A DNA stretch of 64,000 nucleotides from Raillietiella orientalis (Eukaryota). The notes under the pieces are model-generated. The model worked only from the letters and a program-made list of their open reading frames with translations. It searched no databases and was not told the origin of the DNA. This document shows, piece after piece, positions 36,450 to 64,000 of the stretch; positions within the stretch are counted from its first letter, which is position 1, and each line of letters starts with the position of its first letter. The stretch lies in NCBI GenBank assembly GCA_036172245.1, contig JAYWIR010000034.1, forward strand, positions 1,550,001-1,614,000. Reading direction: 5' to 3'. A program made the translations under genes and the position numbers.

Positions 36450-37330
36450 TTCGAACGGTTGTTTTTTGTGATACGTGTGAGCGTTCCTTTCAAAAACAAA
36501 ATCGAAATTTATCCACAGCGTCGTAAGGGGCTGACCTGCCGCGTTACACGGTCGCCATTTTTTCGTCCCTCTATGCGAATCCGAGGGGTCCACTGGTTCC
36601 AAATGCTAGTCATCACTGATGGTCTACAGGTTTTCATCGTAATCCTCCGATGAGTTCTGGCATCAATATGGGAAAAGGCACTATTTTTTTCTTTTCTTTG
36701 TTTTTTTTTTTTTTTGCTTTACGAATCGAAGAAGCACTCCAGGTTGAGTGGATGTTTGACGAGTTACTCATCCACTTTGAAGATAAAACGTTCCTCGTTG
36801 CCATGGGCTGACGATTCCCGTGCTGTACTCTAAAAGTATTAGCTTTTGCATTCAAGTGTACCTGTTTATTTATCTGCAGTAGAAAAGCTTCGCACATGAG
36901 CTTTTTCATGTGCTTGAAGTGGGGTGAGGATCACCCTTGCGACCATTGAACCCTCTGCACTCCCGCTTTCATGCCGGATGATTTGGGTATTCGTTTCCGG
37001 ACCTTGCAAAGTGCAGAGCTGATATGCTTACTGCAGGATGATGTCCCACGGACTAGGATGCCTCTTTGAAGTGCACCCCACCCCAGGCATTCCGAAGTGG
37101 CAACCAGTCTTCTCGTTGTCACGGTTGTGCTCGAACACGAAGAGTTTCCGAAAAGACACAAGCTTTCGAAGATTCGTCATCTGCATCTGTATATTGCCTT
37201 ATGGCTGCATACGTTGTCAAACGTTCCTTGTTCAGAAAGTTTCCTCGACTTATCCATCACCCTCTCTGGATGTCACGAAGTGAAAAGTAGACTCCTGAAA
37301 CAGCACGAAGGCGGTGAAGGCGACCATTTC
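36450..37330 (+). mobile_element. hAT transposase fossil including dimerisation domain
   Basis: EWMFDELLIHF and EEFPKRHKLSKI...LSNVPCSESF...KSRL (FPxL...PxSNAxCERxFS...RSRL-like). Confidence 0.5.
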
Positions 37331-37375
37331 TGCGCTTACCGCTGGCTGCGCAGAGATGAGGAGGCACCCTCGATT

Positions 37376-37990
37376 CTCACCCGGGTGGCCAGGGCGTTTA
37401 TTTCAAAAATAGACATACATTAAGAGAACTGTGGTTGGACCAGCGGTCCAACCACGCACGATTTAAGGGAGGCCTGCCATATCACCGGTTTGCAGACCAG
37501 AGAGCTCCAAGGCAGCAGAGGAGAGGAGGCAAACAAAAAGAGAAAATGGAACAAAAAAATAAAAATAAATACATCTTGAGGGGGTGTTCGAAGGGATCAC
37601 TGTCTGCTGGTGGCAATCCTGTCCATCCTCTGTAGGATGCCGGCAAGGTCTTGCTGGATAGTCCTGTCCAGTTGGGACCATTGCGTCGCCATCCTGATGA
37701 ATTGGACGGTGAAGTGGATGGCATCCCTACCGCTGAGCACTCCTGTCGCTTTGCTCCATGCATCGACAATCCCGCTTAGGCAGCACGGGGCTGCCAGCGA
37801 GACCGCTGGCCGTAGGGCGTCGCGAACGAAGAGGGGTTTCAAGGCCTCCCTGGAGTTGCTTCCGGGGGTTCCCAGAGCCGCAACAAAGCGTTCCCAGAGT
37901 GACTGGAGGGCAACACAGTCCACTAGCAGGTGGGGGAGGGATTCACATTTCCCGCACCTGACACAGTTCGGGTTCACACACACCAGCGTC
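37376..37990 (-). mobile_element. L1/Tx1-like element, 5'-truncated 3' fragment
   Basis: NPNCVRCGKCESLPHLLVDC, very similar to the 1676-3430 copy. 3' motif aataaacgccctggccacccgggtgag at 37402-37376. Confidence 0.82.
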
Positions 37991-38541
37991 CAGTGATGAC
38001 GGCGGGCGTCGCAAGGGAGACCCTAGTGCAATACCAATAGCGCCGAGACCTAGGTGCACCTTCGTACGCTCCCAGAGGCGTGTTCAAGCGCCTCTTTGTG
38101 CGCAATGCCCTTTCTCCTGCCGCAGACCTTCCAGCTTTTTGATGCCTACGTGGGATTGTGGTGGCCTGGAGCAACGCCACTGGTGGACAGCACGATAGAG
38201 TCGCCATCTGCTCCGCCCGGGTTTCCTGAGGACAGCAGCCGGATGGCTCCATCTGGGACGCATACGGATGGAACGTGCTGGCATCCTGGAAAGGATGTAG
38301 TGGACAGCCTGCAGTGGAACGTGATCCCTTCCCTAGCCCCCCTCCCCCTGCTTTTGTAAATAGCATTTTCTTTATTCTTCTTCTCGTTTGTCCCCTCCCC
38401 CTCCACTGCCGAATCGAACCTGCCGGCCTGCGTGCCGCTGACTCGGCAAGTTCCGAACTCTTTCGGACGTTGTTGGGCCGATGGCCCTACGTGTGCTTCT
38501 TTGTTGTTAAAATAAACACCCCGGCGCACCCGGGTGCGAAA
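37991..38541 (+). mobile_element. L1/Tx1-like element, 5'-truncated 3' fragment
   Basis: Homologous to the ORF2 end and UTR of the other copies. 3' motif aataaacaccccggcgcacccgggtgcgaaa at 38511-38541. Confidence 0.78.
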
Positions 38542-38544
38542 ACA

Positions 38545-38850
38545 GCTCCGACTCCAGCCACTTCAAGGGGAGGGTGCAGGTGTTCATTGGCACTGGGGGT
38601 CACTTCAGGTGTTCCGACGGAACATCCAGTAGTTCGCCCCAGCAGGAGACACCCTCGTGGAATTACCGCGCTTCCAGAGCCGTTCAGGGGTTTCGGTTGT
38701 GTGCGAGTCCACGCGAAGAAAACGTGCTCGAGTGCGAAAGAAACATCATCAACTTCTTGGAGGAGGCACAGTGCTCCCCTGCTAACCAAGAAAGTTCTTC
38801 CCTTCTGTCCACTGAAAATGAGGAACCGTAGTATCGCATCATTTTCGAAA
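38545..38850 (-). mobile_element. AP-endonuclease N-terminal fragment of a non-LTR element
   Basis: ALCLLQE...GSGSAVI...NEHLHPP matches the APE QE, GxAI and NxYxP motif order. Confidence 0.55.
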
Positions 38851-40599
38851 GATCCAATCTCCGAAGAGATCCACCCAGATCTTGCGTGACGGGAATCCTT
38901 TCTAAACTTCCTCCGTGAAATCATGGAAGGCGTCTTTTGAAAAGCGCAGATGTCTTCTGGACCGAGGGCGGCTTTGAGAACGCAAAGCACGCAACGCATT
39001 CCTCGAAAGATACACGCGGATTTCGTTCTGCGATGATCTTCCGGGGAGGCTGAATCGACCTCTCGCCCTTTCAAAGAAGAATTCATTTTCTGCAGATGCA
39101 CCCTACGGGAGTGCGCGCGCTCGTCGGAAGGCAGAGAGAACACGTGGCATTCTGCAGGCCGTTCCTCTACGATTGCAACCAGTTTGTGCACTCAGTGCCT
39201 CTCGACAGATTACAGGACTGCGGGTGTGACGGATGCCCCTGGAAACCATTTCCACGTTTTAAGGCGGACAGACCTTCTCATCCCGGACGTGTCGAGCCCA
39301 AAACATAAATAAATGCACAGACCCAGCACTTCATGGATCCATCTGGGAGGTGATAGAAGGCACCTCCCAGATGGAATGGGAGGCAGAATGGGAAGACCAA
39401 GAAATCGATAAATAAGGATGGGAACCAAGCCGTCCTCTGGGGCTGAGGATCTCTGAGGGCCAAATGGGCAGACGTGAGAGCATTGAGCGGCTGGAATGGC
39501 GATCCACTCGGAAAGGAGGGAGCAGAAAGACCAAACGCGGGACACCACGAATCTCGGATAGTCCAGTACGAAGAGGATCGGATCGTCAGCAGTACCTTGG
39601 TGAACCTCTCCGTCTAGGCAACCAGGGTTGCAAATGCGCCACGCTCACTCGTAGCCGGGACGAGTATCGGCTAAGGGTGGAAGGAATGTGGCGTAGCAAC
39701 TGCAGAGGAAATGCCCCTACTGATGAAACTAAACAGCTGGGTTGATCTGCCTCTTCACACCCAACTCGCTGAGGTCGCGTACCTAATGCTGGAGCGCGTA
39801 GACGGACACTCTCTGGTTGCTGGAAAACGCTAAGGGGGGATTCTTTGGTTGGCCTATGGGCAGGCAGCGCCGCTGTATCTTGCCCGCGGAGTCAGGAACG
39901 GCTGGAGTTCAGTCGAAACCCGGGCGAACCTCCAAGTTTGCATTCGTGAGGAGCAAGTGTGTCGGCTCTCTGTATGCCGTTTCCTAGTGCACCTGCGTAA
40001 ACGGTCCGGGTGGTCTGGGAACACCTTCGGTTCCTTTGGCACGCATGCGTGGGTGTGCACTCGGAAGGTGTACGCTTCCGATCAGGACGCGTCAGTGCGT
40101 AGGGTACGTCGCGGAGCGCCGCCGATGTTCCTGGGGTGTCCCGCTTTCTCTCTGCTGGAGTGGACACGCTTACGCGGACCGATTGAGATGCTCGAAGAAG
40201 CCGTGTCCGTTATTATTAAGCGTAGCTAGGCCCTAGTCCTACTCAGCTTCCGTGCTAGCCGAGGATGCGCTTTAAGTGCTCGCGAAGCAAGCATGTGCGT
40301 TTGTAATTTACAGGTGGAGCTCCTGGGGATCCGAATTCTTCTCGCCCGATGTGACTCTCGAGTCACAAAGGGTTCCCTTTGTCGTGCTTTTCTTTTAGGC
40401 AATCGATGCCCCTGTCACTGGGTTCTGACCTTATTTTCAGGTGAGTCCGTTTGGCACGCAGGCTTCATGGGTAATGCCTGGAATTCTTTTCATCCTTCTT
40501 ACGCCGATCGACGAGGTGAACATCAGTGGAACTTACAGGAGTTTGGGTCGACGTGCAATGGAATTTAAGAGAGCACGCGTGGTGTGATAAACAGTGAGT

Positions 40600-40880
40600 C
40601 ACGGCTGGACTCAAAGTTGCGTTGAAAGCGGTGAACATGTGGCACTTTCAAGAGGAGGTGCAGGAACGCATGTGCTTGTATGAAAAGTACAGAAAGACAA
40701 CTACGAAGGGATCGGTTCTGGCTTGGTGGTGCACTGCTAGCGATTGTGGGGCTTTCCGCACCAACGTCGGCTTTCGTAGAGCCTTCCACATGGGTTACTG
40801 CCGCGATTTACTGCCTAACGATTCGGTTTCTTCCGATAAGACATGAAGAACGCTTCGTGACTGCGCCTGAGCTTCCTTTC
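40600..40880 (+). mobile_element. hAT dimerisation domain fossil
   Basis: GSVLAWW, then after a frameshift LLAIVGLSAPTSAFVEPSTW...IRFLPIRHEE. Confidence 0.55.
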
Positions 40881-42639
40881 ATAACTAAAACTCCCATTCT
40901 CGTGTGCTGGCATGCTTCATTAACAAAGGACAGTTTTTCTTACAGGTAATTTACAGCAGTGCTGATATCTACTGAAGAACAGAATGGAAACTTGAGATCA
41001 GTCGAGTCTGAAGCTGTGCTAATCAATTCGTCAAAAGATATTTCCATGAAAATCAATTTTCCATGAACTGGTCATCTTGATTTTCAACACCTATAAGACC
41101 CTTGGAAATGTATTTTGAAAAACGTCAGTCCAAGTAAAATACATTTCGTCATAGCGTTGTCTCGAATTTCTGAGCAAAGTCTTCTACCATGAGGATTTTT
41201 TTTTACATCTTCAGCTTGCAGAGATCGCTCGGGATTTTGACTGGCACTGCTAGCAAGCGTATCTGTGTTTCAAAGACACTCAAAAGCATCTAAACAGTTG
41301 AAACAAGCAAACTGCAGGTTTTTTTGAGAAAACTAAAACAAGGCTGCTTAGGAAACAAAGGAACGGGAAAGGTGAAGCGCATGAGTAAAGGTGGTTCACC
41401 CACCGAAGGCAATCGACTATCCGAAAGTGCTCGTTTCTCCTGAAAAACTATTCACAAGACACAATATCTTCTTATTGTAGTATCATCAAGTCCAAATGTA
41501 GCCACCTGATCTCTGTAATTGGCTCGTGACAAATGCCTTCTGTGATACCAATAGCATACGTTCCTATAAATTGTGAATGACCAGCCCACGAATGTAGACC
41601 ATCACAACCACAGCTCGATTTCCAGAACTACCATTTATTCTACTACCGTTTTGTTTTTGCGTTCGTCTAAAGTCCCTCAGGCTTTCTACCTCAGATACCA
41701 TGTTTCTCCTGTCATGGTTACCTGTTCGGGCTTCCATCCCTTCGTGATGAAAATACTTTCCGGAACGCGAATGGCAAGGCATGCTTCGAAGACATAACCA
41801 ACGCTCATTTTCTATCGACAGCCAAAAATGGCATCGAATGTGCGACATGTACCACGTCACACCGCAGGAAAGATCGTTGGCAAAGTATATATGATGATTT
41901 GTAGCTGCACCTATACTGATGCTTCAGCATTATCATTCGAAGATACATTCATTCTGGTGAAACAGTTTGTTTCTTTTCAAAACAGGTGATTGATAGTGCC
42001 AATCGTAAGGTGACCCTCAATTTTTTACCATGCTCCTGCAGTATCCTCTTTTTGTGTTTGCATTTCGATTCAAACTGGCACGGTGCCGACCGTTGCGGAA
42101 GCACTTTCTGCGCCTAACTCGTTTAATAGCATGTCCACGGTGTGAATCTTTGCGGTTCAGAAAACTATTCTTGCTTTCTTCACAATAAGATGTCAAATTT
42201 CAGGGAAAAGTCTTCTCTCAAACTCGGAACATCTCAGCCTCGTCTTCTCCATCGACTCAGCTTGCGGAGATCATATTTATTTCTTGGTTTCAGGTTACAA
42301 GTGGCGATTAAAGGCCATGTCTGCACGTTGGGGGTTCCATCTGGGTCCTTTCCACCGAGTTGAAATGAAATTGGATTCCCACGGGAAGAGCCTCGCGAGA
42401 AGATACGAAATCGCATTATCAGAGTCCTATCGCAATTGAGAAGAGCATGTTTCCAAGTGATCACGTAGTCCAGGTGATGTCAGTGCTGCTCTGGTGTACG
42501 TGCCTGCACTCGGATCAGGGGTGGTTTGTAGTCAGGACCGAGTCACGATCAGGCGCACGTTCACTTTGATAGGGAAACTTATTTCAATGCCACGGCATCT
42601 TGTACTGTAGAGCAAAGCACCTTATTTCTTAGGGAAGAA

Positions 42640-43170
42640 GCTGGCGTACAGTGACATCCACTAAGTCCTCTTCATTCAAGACTGTTTTCAGAAGAAAAGA
42701 AACCACGTCTGTTTCGCTGATTCCATCAGAACACAGTGCATGTTGCATCCTGTTCAAACACAAGCTGAACTTGCGCTTGAAATGTCATTCCTCCAAACAA
42801 AACGTCAGCCATTCATTCTGCAAACGAACACCGCCATCCAAGCCTTGGCGCGAGCCAAGAGTTCACTCTTGCTTTTTTGTTTGTTTGTTCATTTGGAGGT
42901 CGGAAGCCACTTCCGGCAAACATCAGTTTCTCAAAAAAGTGCACACGCTCTTTTCCCAAGCATTCCTAAGCATTCCTGGCATCTGAAGTGCTCCGCTCCT
43001 ACCGCACTTCTCCTCCCCCACGTATTCTGAATCTCCTTGCAACCATCAGCGTTCCCAGACGTCGTCGAGAAAGTTTTGCTTTTTTGCCCACCGCCAAAAG
43101 GAAAGCATACGGTTTTCAGTGACCGTCAGACCAGTGCCAAAGAATATGTTTCCCTCTGCGAGTGACAACA
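42640..43170 (-). mobile_element. Tigger/pogo DDE transposase fossil
   Basis: GNIFFGTGL...GGGQKSKTFSTTSGNADGCKE...AKAWM matches the Tigger order DETGL / GGKxSKxR...NAxG / NxKAWM. Confidence 0.65.
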
Positions 43171-43439
43171 GCAGGTGAACAGAAAAAGGGTGAAGCTTTC
43201 GAAAGAACAATCATCACACACTTCGTGTGTGTCGACGATAAGCATCTTTCCTCCGCTGCGACCTCTAGCTGATGAGGCAATCAGAATTTACATTAAGTAT
43301 TTCTGTCCAGAGCAAGATAAGATTTTGTTAGGAAAAATCACAGAGCAATATATAAACTACGCAACAACTTTCCTTTCAGAACAGCGTACAAAAAAATATC
43401 AAATGCCTTTCAGCATGCCATAATGTACCACAGCAGCGA

Positions 43440-43900
43440 AGGGAGATGGGTTTCCCACTGTCTGGAGCTCTCGCTTCAGCAAAAAGCTCCATGGAGATCG
43501 CCTTTTATGCGTAATCACAGGGAAGAATTCACAAACGTTTTCCCATCGGATTCCTGATTTGTACCGACGCGTGTTCAGAAAAAAGGACGGGAGGAATTCG
43601 GTCTTCCTCACATATCCTTTACATAAGTTTCTGAAGGAAAAATTTCCACAGTGATGTCCTCCAACGTCACATCTCCAATGGTCTTCGCAATGCTTGCAGC
43701 GTTCGGGTCACTTTTTCCCCCCACAATTTGTGGAGCAACAACCGATTCTGCAGCCACTCTCCAGCGGAATTTGTTTTAGAAGCAAACCAGCGAAGCCACG
43801 CTTCAGAAGCGACCTTTGTAACAAAAATGCACTGCGGCATGAAATGACCTGCTTAATAGAAAAGTACCCCAATATTTGCATGTGTGGTCGCTTAAGAAAT
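43440..43900 (+). mobile_element. pogo-type DDE_1 fossil
   Basis: HFFPPQF...PILQPLSSGICF resembles FxPPNxTxxLQPLDxGI. Confidence 0.5.
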
Positions 43901-45046
43901 GCTTAGAAATACCTCAGCCAATAATATTTATGCATCCTTGTTTTACAGATTTGTGCACTTTTCTATGCCTTGAGCTTTTGGATTAACCTGGAGGTCATGC
44001 TTACATATATAGACATATAATACACATGTTTGTGTGCTGTGTGTGAAAATTGAAGTAAAACGCAATCAGTAGGAAATGAACCGCTTTCCATTAAATTTTC
44101 AATGTTCGTTTCCCACCCTAATGAGAACACGAGATCTTTGGTGTTCCCAGTGCTTCGTGAGAAAAAATAAAGCAAAATGAACCGTCCTTCTGGCGTAACT
44201 GAATCCACGTCTGCATTCTCGAATGGGCCAGAGTCTTCCTTGTTGAAAGCAAAACCAAAAACATGAGCGCAGGGATGTCTCTCCCCACAGACGAATGGAA
44301 AACTGTGGGCTTCCCCATCCCGACAGAACTCACCTTTTCATTCGTAGGTGTTTTCCCATTGTGCACTAAAATCATCCGTGCAAAAGGGAAGCGCTCGATC
44401 TCGACGACCTCCAAAATGATGTGAAACCCAGCTGCATCATCCAAATGTAATCCTACTGTTGCTCATTAGGAGCAATTTGAATTCTCTTTATCTATATCTT
44501 CATCTGCCCCGAATGCATTTCTTCCGCACGGAATGTGAAAAATCCCAACCGAGCTGTACGTGGCGGAACCAATGCTTACGGCATCCCAACAGGAATGCCT
44601 CGGATTGCCGGCATATGCGCATGTTGTGAGCGTAATCTTCCAAGAAGTGATTTGCTCTCTGAAAACATTTGGCAGAGGTCCTCTCTAGATGTTATGGGGC
44701 CTTCTTGCGTAATTACGACGACGTCCTCCGCAAAAAATTCAAGGTTTAAAAACAGAATTCCTCATCGGAGCAATGATGGGATTAGATGACGTCACAAGCG
44801 TCTACCGACGAGGAATTCCTCGAATGGCGTGATTGCAAAATGACTTCTGCTCAAAGCGGTGTTCGGAGCGAAAGTAAATACATCTCTCGCATAACACGAG
44901 CTTCACTCGTGCTGTTACTCAAACATCACTTACTTGCACGAAGGGAAAAACCACTGGCAAAACTATTCTACTCGATCTTTCCCGATAACCTGCACCCATA
45001 ATCCCATCTGCTGAGAGCATGTATTTTTTCGATACGGTTAGGCTGA

Positions 45047-63519
<18,473 letters not shown>

Positions 63520-63521
<2 letters not shown>

Positions 63522-63640
63522 GAGTCTTCACGCCACGCCAGGCTCGACCTCACTGGCTGTCGGCGCGTTTCCCCAGCGGCTAATGTTTGCTCCCCCGCGC
63601 CCCGGCCGCGGGAGCCAAGATAAACGCTCTGTGCAAACCG
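63520..63640 (-). promoter_or_regulatory. Putative GART 5'UTR/promoter, CpG-rich island-like segment
   Basis: GC- and CpG-rich sequence around exon 1 contrasts sharply with the AT-rich intron 1. The TSS was not located. Confidence 0.4.
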
Positions 63641-64000
63641 AAAACAGGTGAAGGAATGCAGGTCCCAGCGGAATCTTATCCAAATGTCGCCTTGCTGTTT
63701 AGAACCTCTCCCTGTGGATTACTGACTCCAAGGATGACTTTGGAATTGCACCGCTTGCGTCTTTTTGTATTATGTGGTCCGCTGTGACGAGAGGAAAACA
63801 ACACGCTCATTGCACGTCATTTCTACCGTCACTTTCTGTATTCTCCTATTGCCTTGAAACCATCCGTGTATATTCCAGTTTCCTAGGAACACTGCAGGTC
63901 TCCAAGACCGGTTCGATTTATCTACTCTACAGCAGCAGTTTAAAAATTAACATTTTCCGATTGCAATGAACAACTTCAGTTATGTAGTTTACAGAGCAGA

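Noticed and set aside
44100..44790. Further pogo-like fossil (DDAAGF on -, AYGIP on +)
   Set aside because: The motifs are weak and on opposite strands. Not supportable without a profile search.
63587..63969. Divergent plus-strand gene sharing the GART promoter
   Set aside because: Only short unrecognisable ORFs, and the window ends too soon to judge.

Overview
Eukaryotic genomic DNA from an invertebrate animal, most likely an arthropod (degenerate TTAGG-type tract, arthropod-like RIC1 N-terminus). Two intact multi-exon housekeeping genes lie on the minus strand: RIC1 (21 exons, 33271-25714, ~1381 aa) and the trifunctional purine enzyme GART (GARS-AIRS-GART, 15 exons, 63521-45047, ~991 aa). 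I reconstructed both by hand with consistent GT-AG sites and phases. Many of their introns are only 37-54 nt. Almost everything else is transposon debris: nested fragments of an L1/Tx1-like non-LTR retrotransposon family with a conserved AATAAA+hairpin 3' end, plus many heavily decayed hAT, pogo/Tigger and piggyBac transposase fossils. The most unusual element is a large (~940 nt) SINE-like family present in three copies, with a tRNA-like head, many hairpins and no Pol III terminator. Other notable signals are sharp CpG-depleted, AT-rich domains over RIC1 and the 5' part of GART, and a CaaX-type C-terminus on RIC1. Transposon calls rest on motif recognition by eye, not on database searches.
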